A program made the translations under genes and the position numbers. DNA of 49,472 bases, the filler included, from Bipalium vagum (Eukaryota), in assembly GCA_037834085.1 (NCBI GenBank). It is 3 parts of 3 records of this genome, joined end to end, with 100 filler letters (N's around TTAATTAATTAA, not from the genome) between each part and the next. Parts side by side here need not be neighbours in the genome. Positions count along the whole stretch, not along the records: positions 1 to 15,954 come from JBBMKC010136208.1; positions 16,055 to 32,055 come from JBBMKC010133155.1; 1 more part is not named here. One strand, given 5' to 3'. Under the pieces are notes generated by a model. That model made no database searches, was not told where the DNA came from, and saw only the letters and a program-made list of their open reading frames with translations. Below are positions 13,387-27,185 of this stretch, one piece after another; within the stretch, counting starts at the first letter, position 1; the number at the start of each line of letters is the position of its first letter.

Positions 13387-14493
13387 TATATAATCGTGTT
13401 CCCTATCTTTCAATAAACCATGTTAGGTAATAAAGCTTATTAATCATACCACATCTGATCAGACAGCTCAATAATATCATTAGAATTCACTTTGATTTTT
13501 CGATATATTCGTTCAACGAAAACTAATAATAAAATATAAATTATCCAACAAAACTTTCCATAAAATGACCTTCTCGTTAAAAAAGTGTGTTAATATTCTG
13601 GTCAAAATTAGAGATTAATGCGAAAGAAATATAAACACCAAAATGCACAATAAAAATCACAAATAATAATCTCATCATTAGTTGATTTAAATAGAGGTAC
13701 CTGGACTCCTCTGCCCGGGTCCTTTATGTTACTTAAAGTAATTAAGTTTTTTTTGGTGTCCAATGTATAAATTTTTTATTTTATTCATTTACATACGTAT
13801 TTTTGTTTTATTTTTTTATCGTGACAGTCAAAAGTTGTATTAAAGAAGCTCAACTCATAAAGGACCTCAATCTCGAAATTGTCAGATGTTATTAATTTAA
13901 ACAATATTTATTTTACTTTATTGGATTATACATTTTTTCAACTTGGTTTAGTCTTATAATTATCAAAAGGAAAATTTAATAGGCTTTTCTTTGTTTAATT
14001 AATAATTCTCATTGAAGTTCGATTTGTAGTCTTTTGATATTTTGTATTTTCTCATTGTGCTTCCGATCCCAACAAGACCTAGACGTGTACATATTACTTT
14101 TCTTAGAAAAATTGTTAAACTTTAATCAATAACATATTGTTATTCTATTTTAAAATTTATAAATATTGTGTAAAATAATCATTATCTCAATGTATTTTTT
14201 CTGTTCTCAATTTCAAAAATAATTACAGAAAAACGAACAGATTTTTTTATGTCACATATGTAAAAATTCTAGAATAAAAAAAATTATTTTATGAGATATA
14301 ATAAAAAAGTAATCAAAGTTGAAATGTTTAATAATAATAATAATTATTATTATTATTATTATAATTAATAATAATAATAAAATTCATTTTAATTTAATTT
14401 AAACAAGTACTTTTCGATTTACAAATTTATTAAATAAAAAAAATTGATTGGCAATCATCGATTGAATATTTTGAAGCCACATCCATTTATATA

Positions 14494-15526
14494 TGTTCCT
14501 TATTTAGTATATCAAACTTTAAACCTGACTCCAACTCTTAGGTGGTGCAAAAATAATCACAATCAGTAATGCAATAACTTGTATTTATATCACAATAAAT
14601 CAGACTGATAACAATTTCACAAAGACCCAAACTCAACAAAAAGGGAAGCACAATAATATTTGAAATGTCTAAAATTGTCATAGGTAATCAATCAAACACA
14701 AAAAGTTCAATAAATCGAGTCAATTAATTAAAACAAATTAAATACTTAAAGTAAATGAAAATTAAAATAGTAATTAATGTTAAATAATGTTAAAACAAAT
14801 ATAATTAAGATAATAAAAAAAATAAAACGATCTTACGAGTTAGCTTCGTTCAAGCTTTTCAAACTATCAGCTGAGCCTTTACAGTTGCTCAGAGATAGCC
14901 CTCTGGTTGGGAAATTAAACACAATCGCAGGACTAAACACATTAAGAATATACTTGTAAAGATTCCGAATAATTGTTTAGTATGCATTGCAATATTCAAC
15001 TTCTTGGTTCCTTTACAAATCAATAATACTCTTCAATCCTTCTGATATTCAGTAATCCAGTTCTCGAACTTGTCTCAAAAATAATAATAAACTCTTCTGA
15101 AACTAGTAACTTTTTGGACGTTTTCAAAATAATAATAATAAAAGTCTTCAACTATGATTCTTGAATACTTTTGTTGGACGAAATTATGGAGAAATCCTTC
15201 TCCTTTTATACTATTCTGGTCGACGACTAATCAGTCGCAGACCAGTTTTATTAATGGGGAATGTCAATTCCCTTTTTGAATCATTAATTCTAAATTGGTC
15301 CCTCCTTGCGGACCCTGATCTAATCCTGGCAATTTAGCTTCGCCGTTGTCAAGATAAGACTCTTTTTGGAAAATATTAAATTACTTTTCTTCTTTTATCA
15401 ATATTTTAATTAACTTTGTACTTATTAAATAGTTAAAATTATTATTTTTAGTATTATTATTATTATTTTGTGCACAATTTCACGATTCTTATCCGTGAAG
15501 GGTGGGTGTTTTGGGTAAACCCAACA
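14494..15526 (-). mobile_element. Solo LTR, probably Ty3/Gypsy (copy 2)
   Basis: Termini TGTT...AACA with a 4-bp TATA duplication (14490-14493 and 15527-15530). Colinear blocks shared with 7742-8636. Minus-strand TATA-like agtataaaaggagaag near 15197-15212. Confidence 0.8.
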
Positions 15527-15724
15527 TATATTTATGATTCCAAGAGATCTTAGTCTTCATTTTTCACTAAATCGATTCAACTCTTTGGATATGAGCACCA
15601 ATCTCCCTGTCAACAAAATTCACCTTGTGGTTGACAGTTCGATGAACATAATTTTTATCTTTAGACAGTTGGAAATAGGCTCTCCATTCATTACTCATTA
15701 TAACGAAACCACGCTCAACGATGA

Positions 15725-15954
15725 TTAACAGATGAGGAAATCATTCAATCAGTTAGGGAGATTAATGGATTAATGAAAAATGTTTCGGAAGACTATTGGC
15801 CCAAATGAGACACCGCCGTCAATGCCAGATGTCCTAAATGCTCTATCTACGATCCGACGATATTGTGCTGCTCATGGTTTGGATGAATCAGGTGCTTTAA
15901 CAGTCGAAGAAGCTATTTTACATAGCCGATTACAGACAAAACAGAGTAAAATGA
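15725..15954 (+). mobile_element. pogo/Tigger (CENP-B-like) transposase C-terminal remnant
   Basis: LTDEEIIQSVRE, then after a frameshift PPSMPDVLNALSTIRRYC...VEEAILHSRLQTKQSKM. This matches the typical Tigger tail ending KQxx(I/M)xDFF; it is cut by the gap. Confidence 0.65.
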
Positions 15955-16054
15955 NNNNNNNNNNNNNNNNNNNNNNNNNNNNNNNNNNNNNNNNNNNNTT
16001 AATTAATTAANNNNNNNNNNNNNNNNNNNNNNNNNNNNNNNNNNNNNNNNNNNN
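15955..16054. other. Artificial 100-bp scaffold spacer
   Basis: 44 N + TTAATTAATTAA + 44 N; the 12-mer is a palindrome with stops in all six frames. Confidence 0.92.

Positions 16055-16126
<72 letters not shown>
16055..16126. repeat. (TAT)n microsatellite at contig edge
   Basis: Read directly from the sequence. Confidence 0.95.
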
Positions 16127-16904
16127 CCTCTGAATTCCAAAGCCAACTGAAAGCGACCAACCTTCTTTCACCATGATAATGCCAATGGTCATCAAGAATT
16201 TATAATAAATTGGCTGGTCACGTCCTCATGAATGTTTGACCATACTGTCTTTGGATTAAAACAGACCTCAGGAATTGATTTTAGGGAACACCCAGTGAAT
16301 AGATAGTGACTGTGATTATTTTGAAGGACAATGATGTCATTTATATTGCAGGGATGGTTTAGAGTGTCCTGTGAGAATAAAATATCAAAATTCGTAAAGA
16401 AAAAGGTAGTCAAGACTGAATGTAGGCTGCTCTGTAGAAAAATATTCTGACAAGAAAAGTCCTTAACGTTGTTGACGGAGTGGAGTCAAAACGTGAATGT
16501 CAGAACTGATTAAAGTTCGTTTGCATCAATCAAATCTCCCAGTAAATCTCCCCATTCTTCGTGATCCAAACGATTCCTGGGTCTGTAAGCTGGAATAATT
16601 TATTACTGAAATTAAATGATGATTTAATGTTTGACACCTCAGACGAAAGGGAAAGTTGGCATTGAGAGAACTATTTCGGTTCAAGAAGGTATGATAAATT
16701 TAACACATTGCTACTTTCCTCTTCGATTTCACCTTGGGTTCTTAAAGTCTAACTGGAAGCATTCGTGTCATTATTATTAAAAGAATCTATCTAAAGGTTA
16801 TCGGTGCTGCAGTTCCCTAATGGTCACATCTCTAAGAAGATTTAAAAAGTGTAATCAAACTAATTTAATTTTAAAATCATTTTCAACTGTAAAGTAACGG
16901 ATTT

Positions 16905-17597
16905 ATTAATAGTGGTTTGTCTAAATTGGTTTTGTAGATTTTGTGAATAATCGACAAAAAGCTGCTACAGATATTTATATTGATACTATATTTCGTTTGT
17001 TTAAATATTTCAATTATCTAAATTCAATAATGGCAGCATTCAAATTGCTCAAAGAAGTTTGACATTTTATTAATCAATAAAATTTTATTTATACTTAAAA
17101 ATGAACGTTAATAAAAAAGAAGTTCAATACCTTGTGAAATTCTATTTCATTAAAGGCAAAAATGCAACGCAGACTGCGAAAACATCGTGTCGTTTATGGT
17201 GCAGATGCTCCATTTGATAGAATAATTCGTGAATGGTTCTATTAATTTGGCTCTGGAAATTTCGATGTCAAAGACGACCGTTGTTCTGGCCGGCTAACAT
17301 GTCAAAAAGTCAATCAAATCATTCAGAAAATGGAGAAAGACAGACATTTTAACAGTCGTGAAATAGCAGAAGACCTCGGTGTTCATCATCAAACTGTTTT
17401 ATAACATTTAAAGAAACCTGGCTTTCAAAGAGAAACTCGATGTTTGGATTCCGAATGATTTAACGTTGAAAAATTTAATAGACCGAATATCAATATGCCA
17501 AACATTGCGGAGAAAACTCTATCGAACCATTCTTGAAACGTCTTATTAGGGGTGACGAAAGTGGATCAAATACAAGAACAATGTTAGAAAACGACAA
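16905..17597 (+). mobile_element. Degenerate mariner (mellifera-like), 5' half
   Basis: From ATG 17101: MNVNKKEVQYLVKFYFIKGKNATQTAK...SGNFDVKDDRCSGR...SREIAEDLGVHHQTVL...KLDVWIPNDLT...EPFLKRLIRGDE(K)WIKY. Contains frameshifts and stops. Confidence 0.9.
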
Positions 17598-17690
17598 CCT
17601 AATATTATAAAAATAAAATAATAATCTAAATAAAATATAAATTATAATTTATATATAAATATTATTGTAAATAATGTTATTAAAATGCAA

Positions 17691-18240
17691 CAGTATCCGA
17701 AAATTGAAACCGACCAATCACATTCAAGGATTTCAAAATTAATTAAATTCTGATATGGTTAAACAAAAGTGGGATATTTTAGGCTAGTTTTAAAGGGCAA
17801 CTGACGGTCTTCAGATTGATAAATTACTTTGTCCAATTGATGAACGGCACTCCTAAAAAAACAATGAAATCACAAAAAAGTGAAGAAAAGGGAAAAATGA
17901 ACCCGGCCACTTTAAATATTTTTGATTTCATACCGCAAATATCGATTTTTAAAAATTCTTTTATTACCCCTCTGCTGCCATCACAGCTTGACATCTTCAT
18001 AGGGCATTGACCACAATTCGGTCACATTTTCAGTCATGATCGCCCAATTCTCGGTGATGTGGCTCTTCAACCGATTTTTGTTAAATGGCGGGAGGGGATT
18101 TTTGATTTATTTTTCTATCACCTGACAAATGTGTTCTATTGGGTTCAGGTCAGGTTGCTGTAGTGGACGAAGTCACAGATTTGATGTGGATGACTTGAGA
18201 AAGATTCTTTTGAAGGATTTCTAGATACAAGTGTAATAAC
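17691..18240 (-). mobile_element. Degenerate Tc1-family transposon, 3' part
   Basis: Minus strand PDLNPIEHI near 18130-18160 and (S)MP.RCQAVMAAEG near 17965-18010. CAGT-starting end near 17691. Confidence 0.7.
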
Positions 18241-18289
18241 ACTTTTGATTCAAACATTAATTAGTTAGGTAATGGCCGCTGTCTGAAGA

Positions 18290-18293
<4 letters not shown>

Positions 18294-18322
<29 letters not shown>
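18294..18322. repeat. (TG)n microsatellite
   Basis: Read directly from the sequence. Confidence 0.95.
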
Positions 18323-18325
<3 letters not shown>

Positions 18326-19859
18326 GGAAGGTTCTGGAGATATTTCCAATGACTAAATTTGGGTCTTTCTCCTCAAGAACTACTTTCAAACTCTCACTTT
18401 GTGCACAATATTATTCTGAATTTATTGTTTGATTGGAGGACAGAAGTTTATGATAAATTAATCCCGATTAAACCTATCAACATATAGCATCACGTTCCTT
18501 TGGTTTAAATATACTTTTGGAGCTGTTCACAAGTTTCTGCGTCCATTTGAATCCTTTTACGTTTTCATTTTCCAAATGAATGATTTCGACCAATAAATAT
18601 TAATTTAGATTAGAGCAATCAATTTCAATGGAATCTGTCATTGATTTAGTTCAAAGTGTAATGGATGTAGTCGTTATTTATCTTCTCGCTTTTTGTAACA
18701 TGTTCATTTTCCAACCACCTTTCCATTAATCGTTGTTAAAATTTATTCTTAAAATACTTTTTAATGTAAAACGGTTCTGTTAAAATGATTTTCTTTCAAA
18801 ATTCCAAAATAACACGTTATAGTAATAAAAACGCTGTCACTATTTCAAGACTCAGGGTAAGTTCAGGCAAAGAAAGTCTTTAAAAAATTATACTTTCAAA
18901 AATTATTCATATTTTTCAATTTTTTCGTTATGAAAATAAAAATTATTTCACAATTTGTCGATTTTGACATTTGGGACCAGAGACAAAATATAAAACCAAA
19001 TAGATAAACCAATTTATTTTATGTACGATGTAAAATTTAAATGAATTTNNNNNNNNNNNNNNNNNNNNNNNNNNNNNNNNNNNNNNNNNNNNNNNNNNNN
19101 NNNNNNNNNNNNNNNNNNNNNNNNNNNNNNNNNNNNNNNNNNNNNNNNNNNNNNNNNNNNNNNNNNNNNNNNNNNNNNNNNNNNNNNNNNNNNNNNNNNN
19201 NNNNNNNNNNNNNNNNNNNNNNNNNNNNNNNNNNNNNNNNNNNNNNNNNNNNNNNNNNNNNNNNNNNNATATTTTAATAAAAAATAATTTAAAACAAGAT
19301 AAAATTTTAATTTATTTTATAAAAAAAGATTTTAATTTTGATAATAAAACTAAAATTAAATAAATGTGAATAATATAAACTAACAATTTATTTAAATAAA
19401 TTTTTATTGAAATTTATTTTTTTTAATATTATTTAATTTTAGTTACTTTAAATTTTATTTAGAAAAAAATATTTTTTTTAATAAATACTTTAAAATTTAA
19501 AGTTTAAATAATTTAAAAATAATTATTTATCTTAAATTATTATTAATTATAAAAGAAAACGGATTGAGTTTAAAAGTCTTAATATTTACCAAGTCTCGAT
19601 ACTGACTCCTCACTTATGTTATTGTCGCTCTCTACTCGCACAAATGAAAACACATCCCACTGCAATGTTGTATTTCTTTATTATAATCAATAACGACACA
19701 AAATTCCCAGGCCTAAACAGTATTGAAAAAATAAATCACAATTAATAACTTAAATCAACTGTAGTATAAATCGATAAAACAATCGAACCAAATAAAATGA
19801 TATTTATTAATCAATATGAATTATAATGATTTAATCACAAACAAAAAGATGAAAATGAT

Positions 19860-20273
19860 ACATCTGTTGAAGAGCAAGAAACTTTTGAAAAAGAATAAAC
19901 ATTCACTGAAGCCAAAGATGTTAAGGATCAAGTGCAAAACTTGCAAAATAACAGATTTCTAGCTGTCAGTCCTAACAATGTGCCCAGATTCATGAAAAGA
20001 AAATTTCCTTTAAAACTCGTAGTCTTTAGTGCTGTTAATGATGAAGGTCTTTCATCGAGAAAGGTATTGGGGTTGAATTAGGATAAATATCAAAGTATTC
20101 TTTCCACTGTCGTAAAACCTAGGATAGAAAGAGTTTACTGGTGTGAAACTTTACGTATTTCAACAAGATTCAGCTCCAGCTCACACGCCAAGAAAAATGT
20201 TAAAATGACTTGTTCTCTTTTCAGAGGTCGTGTAAAGGCTCTCATTGATGTTGATGGTGGGTTTATTGAATAA
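19860..20273 (+). mobile_element. Degenerate maT-like (DD37D) transposase fragment
   Basis: NLQNNRFLA...VPRFMKRKFPLKLVVFSAVNDEG...YQSILSTVVKP...YVFQQDSAPAH...FRGRVKALIDVDGGFIE*, with an internal deletion. Confidence 0.8.
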
Positions 20274-23174
20274 TTTCTTTTTTATTATTTTATTTGGTGT
20301 TGTTATTGTTATAATAGTCAACTCTTTTTCGAGGTCCTGTTCATTTTACCGCTGCCGCTAATGCTCATAACTTTGATTAATTAAATAGTATAATAATAAC
20401 TAGTGTAATGTTGTAAAAAGACCAGTATTACTAAAAGTGACTCTTGAACGTCCAAATTTTTAATCCTCAGAAAGTCAGAAATGAAGTGACATGTTCAGTT
20501 TTGTCAAAAGATAAGTCACATTAGCCGTATTACTCTTGTAGATCCGATCAATATTTGAGAATTAATTGTGATAGGATAATTTGTCGAAGATGTGAAAGCA
20601 ATGGATGTTACTCAAAGAAGAATGTTACAAAAAATTGAGAAAAGGGGATCACAAGGACAACAGTAATGAAACAACAAGAGTACCGACAAGGAAACGATGC
20701 TGCATCATTTAAGCTAAGAAACAGAAAGAAATATCGATAAGTATTGATGGCTGATAGATGGGATGTCGGGTGGACTTCGTTGGTAGTAGATAGGATAGTG
20801 AAAAGGATAGGATTTAGATTAAAAGTGAATTTTATAAATGTTAAAGTAATGATTTAAACATAATCGTAAATCGATAGCGGAAAAGTTCAAAGTTAAACGT
20901 AATAATGAAAAACAATTTTGAAAAATTTTATTAAAGTGAGTAATTATTAATGTTATTAATGTTATTATTAATGTTATTGTTATAAAATTAGTTTGTTTAA
21001 ATATTAAATAGAGGAGAGCACTTTTTCAACTATTCCATTATTTTCTTGAAATAAATATTATATTAAAATAATAATATTATTATTATTAATATTATGTTAA
21101 CAACCGCACTACCGGATTACGTTATCCTCTTCCTATAGGTACCCCCTCATAGTGACGACATATCAGGGATATTTGGAAAAGGTTTTATAAAATGATTTTA
21201 ATCTTTGATGGTCGAAAAGTTGACCCCTTGTGCGTTTGATGGAGCTAAATATAATAAAGAATAATAATAATGATAATAATAGTTTTTTAATTTGGCAGCA
21301 TAACATAAAGAATTGAATAATATCTCAGAAAATAAATAATCCTTGATCCGTGGAAAGACAAAACCCAAATTAATTATGGGAAAACGTGATTTATTTTCCC
21401 AACAAAACAGTCTCGTTGCCGTGGTGGATTGATTGGTATTATCTTTCAAAAAGATAAATATAATATTTTATTATTATTATTATTATGATATTATTATTAT
21501 TATTAATGGCAGAAATACTTAGGCAATAATTATCGTCATCTGGAGAAAGGAATAAATTCTCAAAATAACAATCTTTTCCCCTGCTCTGCCTTTCCCTTCT
21601 CTTAACATTAATTATTCAGGAAGAAACCTTCAAAAATGATTTCCTTCTTTCCACATTTATCAATTTTATAATCAAAATAAAATCTGTTTTCTTTGAAAAG
21701 AAATAAAACTCAGCGGAAAATTAAATAAAATAAATATGCAAAGCTGATAAATTGGTTAATAAGTTTTTATTAATTAAAATAAATAAAAATAATTTTATAA
21801 TTATCACAATTTGTATTATTTAATTTTTTTCAAAAAATATTTTTTTTGTTTTTAAATTTAAAATAAAATAATAATAATAATAATATTGAAAACTAATTAT
21901 TTATTATTAAAATAATTTTACAAAATTATAAATTTTGTTTGGTTTGACAAAGGCACAAGCCCTCAAACCCCTAATCAAACCCTGACTCACCAAGGATTAA
22001 TAATAAATTGAATTAAGTTTTAATCGTAACTTTATTTTAAATATCTTTTTATTAATATTATTATTTCATTGAATTGACATGCCGATTTAATTTTGATTTA
22101 ATCGATAATCGATTCTTTAGTGTGATTTTGAATTTTGAATGAATCATCAAATTAACATTATTCTTTTCCATTTATTTTATTCCATTCAGACATTTGATTC
22201 TTTACTGTTTTATCAGTTTATAAGCTTTTTATTTTATATAAGCTATATATAAAGATTTATAAAACGTTTATAAAGTTCAATAATAATGATTATATTTAAT
22301 ATGGATTAAATTAATTCAATTAAACAAACAGCGGCCTTAGTTAATGTAGTTAAAAAAAATAATTTTAACGATTCTTAAATGTCAGACCAAAAAAAAAAGA
22401 AAATGTTGCTTTTTGACATCATTAGGGCCCTCCAGAAGCTTTAAATTATTTTTAAAAACAACAGTCTTGGAATTCGGAATTCCGAAACGTTCCTGGGTGG
22501 GTTTCGTGTAGAAATCATTCAGAAACAGAAAGGACCTTCTTGAGGAACATAAATTAGGATTAATAAATGTTTTCATGTTGTTCTATTGATTCATAACCAA
22601 CTTTTTAATATTGTGAATGTTGCCAGTAAACCAAAAACGAGGGGGACGCTCTTCCATTTGACCAAAAGAAAATATTAATTTTTCATATTTTTTTCTGTTA
22701 CCTCGCTTAGCAAATATCATTAATAATATATATTTTCTAGGATTTCTTTTATAAAAATAAATAAATAATATTTTTTTCACTCCAGAGAAGTACATGGAAC
22801 ACGCTGACGATAAAACTAGGAAAATCGTTGTAATAAAACATTTGAGAAGAGATTAACACTGAAGAGATTATCGCTGGATGTTATTCTTTTTTGGATTCCG
22901 ATTCACCGTTTCTGCTCCTAGAGCTCATAAGGTTCGTTGGGAATAAGATCAGTGAGGATGAAGCCCTTTTAGAAGGCTTAAGAATTGAGATGAAAGCATA
23001 TTTAATGAACGAACGATTTTAATCACTGCGTTTTTTGTAAATAATTCCATAGTGATAAACGAAAATAATATTGAGGTTTATTATTATCTTTTTCTTGTTT
23101 CTTCTTTGATAATAATTTCTAATTTAAGTAAATTTTAAATATGAGGTCAAACGCAATGTTCTTTTTAAAAACTT

Positions 23175-23869
23175 TTTAAAGTCTGCGAATTCGAAGATTT
23201 TCACCCCTTTCTAAATCTTTCTGAACAGAAATGATTTGAGCCTGGTATGAGATGTTGCAACATTTACAATATTATATTTGATTGGTAATATATTTACATT
23301 ACCATAAACAATCCATTTCTCATCCCCAGTTATTAATCGTTTCAGAGCATATCGCATGTTAGATTATATGGAATCCATAAATCAAGTTTTGTCCCATATT
23401 CCAGTTTCTTTATTCGCTCTTCTATGCAAGTATGTGGAACGTTGCGTTCCTGTCTTATCTGATACATTATCACATGTCAATCCATTTCTATGGTTTTTTC
23501 CATTTTTTGTCAGAAACGTTTAATGGATGAACAGGGTGTGCTTCATCTCTTAAAGAAAAATCTCCATTACAAACTTTGTCACAGATTAATTCTTTTACCT
23601 TTTTTCCTATATACACATAATGTACGTCACATAAATTTTTGCCTGAGTTGCATTTTTCCCTTTTCTGAAGTAATAAACGAAAACGTTGAGATAATGAAAA
23701 TCTTTATCTGCCATTCTTTTCATATAATTGTAAAAGAGATTGATTGAAACAACGATTAATATACAATACTTAAATAATTATATAACAATTTTGTAAATAT
23801 ATTTTTTACGTATAAAAGCAGACTAAATAAAAAATACACAATTTCTTAGTTGGATCCCCTAACCCAATC
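23175..23869 (-). mobile_element. Degenerate mariner (mellifera-like), 5' half
   Basis: Minus strand MADKDFHYLNVFVYYFRKGKNATQAK...KLDLWIPYNL...LKRLITGDEKWIVYGNV. The upstream boundary is approximate. Confidence 0.85.
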
Positions 23870-24334
23870 AGTAATTTACAAAAAATAAATAATAAAGAAT
23901 GAATAGAAAAAATAACAAGATTTATTAATCCAAAAATATTGAATATTCATATAAACAAAGATTTTATTTTTATTATTCAAATTGTTTATTATTGTTATTA
24001 TTTGACTTTTGTTTAAATAAACTATTTATTAGGTCATTTCATTTTGATTTTAAAAAAGTACTTACAAGTGAACAATAAATTTTTATTTTTCAAGCATTTT
24101 CTTTTTTAAAAAACATTTTTGAACACAAAATTTTATTTATACTGCTATCTTGAAACATGTTCCGATCTCTTATGTCAAATCTTATTCTTCTTCGATGTCT
24201 ATCTTCAAATGATATCATTTTCATTAAATTAATTCACAAAATGGAAAATCAATGATTCATTAATGTTTTCTTTTATTGATATATATATAATATTGATTTC
24301 TATCATCATTCTTTATCCGAATTTTCATATTAAC

Positions 24335-25900
24335 TTTGTTCCACTTTCCGACTTTCCTCGGAAGAATCAATTCGGAAAATTGTGGAATATTTAGTAACTA
24401 ATGATCCCTATGGAATCACAAAGCGTTTCTGCAGTCTTATGGTTAAAAAGTAAAAACAATAAAGGTCAACCTCATTGAAATACCAATGATAATCTGTCAC
24501 CAAAGTCATATAAATTGAAATAGGGGGTATTTTCTTTGTTGCTATGTAGGACCCTTCTTAAAAGTGCTCTTCGATGATCAATTAAGTGATATGGTTTTTC
24601 TTTACTTAAAATATCTCCAGAAACAGTCGTTGATATCCTTATCTTTCTTGGAACATTCCAGAGGACCTAACTGCACTTGTCATAAATAGAGTTTTGTGAA
24701 GAATCAACGAAAACTAAAGAAAAAATTAGGCTTATTGAGCAGACTGGAATTACTTATTAATTCCAGTATCATTGATGACTGGTGACAATTGCTGATACAG
24801 GATGGGAACAAATAATTCATTTGCATAATCCCCCTCCCGACTTTGCACTTTCCGATTGTTATTTTTTTAAGATCCTCCAAAAACGTCAGAAGAAAAAACC
24901 ACCAGGAAATATCTCTCAAACCTGTCATATTCTAAGAGAGATACCTTAATAGGGCTTCTTCAAGTATGAATACAAGTAGTGAACCATGGTGGTGTATACT
25001 TCACTGATCAACTATTGTGCTGTATACAAGTTTGTTTTATTTTCCATTAGGAAACCTCTGAATCTTTGTTCCGAAGTTATCCATTTAAGGGTAACTATCT
25101 AACTTTATAAATGCATATGTAGTCATTAAAAATATTTTCTGGTCAATTTAGTCTTTGCTCTTTCAGTTTTTTATTCGGTTTGGATGTTATGAGGATTAAA
25201 TACTTCGACATATCCAGTGTCATTAGTCCATGTTATCTTCTTTCATGTCCCAAAGTTTTGTAAACGATAAAAGTGAACTTTAAGAGGTACAACATTTGGA
25301 AATATGATCTGGCTTTCACTTAAGATATGGCAATGCCCTAATATAGACATCTTTTTAAAACATGTAAGATGGACATTTAATCGTTGTCATTTTATCTGTT
25401 ACCTGAAATCAGTCTGTTTTTGAAACATTGGTCTGAGGATCCTCTTGGTTACCGGATTACCAAATGATATTTTCTCCACATTTCTTTTTTCAGAATCACC
25501 ATTCTGATAGCGTTTATAGAATGAAAACGTACTCCTCCGGTGACATGGGGATAAGTGCTTACACTCATGTCTAGTTTCAGAGCACCCCGCTCAATTGAAA
25601 ATGCTGATTGCTCGACCATTATTCGAATAGGTTAAGAGTCTCCTTGAAAGGTTTCAATTTATTTAATTTGGTTTCCCAGAAAATGTCGGACGGTCTTTAA
25701 TTTGAAATTAACAAAGATACTTTTGAAACATTTTATCCATATAAACAAATCGTCAATTTCTAATTGTATTCCTTTGCAGAGAGAAATGAAACTTTTCTTT
25801 TTATGTATTAAAGGATATATGGTGAAAATACGAAAACATCAGACTTGATCCTGATAAGGTGTTACCGGGTGATATGTTTCCAGTTTGGAAATTCAGACAA
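24335..25900 (-). mobile_element. Degenerate non-LTR retrotransposon RT fragments (R4/NeSL-like), probably two pieces
   Basis: Ordered decayed RT motifs on the minus strand: DY..AF (about 25110), KVGRGIMQ...LFP (about 24830) and LILPRKVG resembling RLYLPRxxGG (about 24360). A second YMD-like motif lies at about 25740. Confidence 0.5.
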
Positions 25901-26004
25901 GTCGCTTTTCCTTCCCGTCAGACTGAGTATAAATGACTGAGTATACCGTAATTTGTGAATTTCCAAACAATTAATTAACCACACTTAATTTACCGGGGTG
26001 TAAC

Positions 26005-26534
26005 TCTCATTTTGAATATGTGTACCTTCACTTTGAATTTGTAATGTTACCTTTTGAAGGTAGGAAAATCAATTTTGAATTCGTTTAAATGCATAATTAA
26101 ATACGTTTAGTAAAGTTTTTGAATAATTGTGAAAATTCTCTCAAATGAAGATAGAAAACAAATAATCGATTCGTATCTTAACGACCATACCATAAAACAA
26201 TGACCTGATGCCTTAAAAATCAAATTAACAACGGTTTATGTTCTATCAAAGGTATATTTTTTAAAAATACATATTTAAAGGAAGTTAGAGTAAATAGTAA
26301 TTTAACAGATTGGGTACGAAAGAAAGCATTGGCAAATGAAAACGTTCAGTTTTTACGAAGCACCATTGAAACTAATGTGTATAATGTCACCGTTTCAACG
26401 AAAACAAATGACAAATACATTAAAAGGAAGCCGATGAATAAACTTTGTATTGTAATTATTTTCAAAATGTCGGTCAATTAATCCACAATCGATTTTCCTA
26501 TTTTAAAATGAAGGTGCACATTTTCAAAATGAGA
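26005..26534 (+). mobile_element. Non-autonomous Tc1/IS630-like element with inverted repeats
   Basis: About 32-bp imperfect inverted repeats tctcattttgaatatgtgtaccttcacttt / aaaatgaaggtgcacattttcaaaatgaga, plus a second inverted block taggaaaatc/gattttccta. Interior LSNEDRKQIIDSYLN...ALKIKLTTVY resembles a transposase N-terminal HTH. Confidence 0.65.
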
Positions 26535-27185
26535 TTAAAATTGCTTTTTCAAATTTTAACCTTTATTTAAACTTCTTCGTAATAAGTCAAATGAATTAGT
26601 AAAACAAACATAAAATGTTCATGAAGGGTTTCTTTTTTTGGACGGTTAAAAATTCAAATATATATTACAAAAGATTACATTTTCTATTCAAATATTTAAT
26701 GTTAAGAGCAAACGCGGTCTGTAAAATGTTTTGTAGCTAGTTTATATATACGGGTTATAGTTTGGTATTTATTTCACTTTGATATGGAATTTTTGTCACA
26801 CTTTTATTGGATTGATAATTTTGTTTTGACCAAAATAAAAATAATAATTTAATAAATAATAATATTTAATGAATAAAATATGGATAAAATGTTCGATCAA
26901 TGCAATCAGAAAAAAGAGGAGATGATTTAAAGGTTAAAAAAACTCAAACCTATATTTATTTCCCCAGTTACTNNNNNNNNNNNNNNNNNNNNNNNNNNNN
27001 NNNNNNNNNNNNNNNNNNNNNNNNNNNNNNNNNNNNNNNNNNNNNNNNNNNNNNNNNNNNNNNNNNNNNNNNNNNNNNNNNNNNNNNNNNNNNNNNNNNN
27101 NNNNNNNTTGCATTTGAGTGATTGCCTAAGTATATTTATAAATGGTAGTGAAATCATTAAAAAAATCCGGAATTCCCTTTTTCAG

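Noticed and set aside
16127-16830. GC-richer coding-like block
   Set aside because: Stops in the frames examined and no recognisable domain; probably decayed repeat.
20400-20800. Possible gag zinc-knuckle remnant (C..CQKISHISR)
   Set aside because: Requires frameshifts and lacks the full CCHC pattern.
27108-27185. 5' extension of the cadherin ORF to the gap
   Set aside because: The peptide lacks cadherin motifs and ends in a strong polypyrimidine-AG acceptor, so it is treated as intron.
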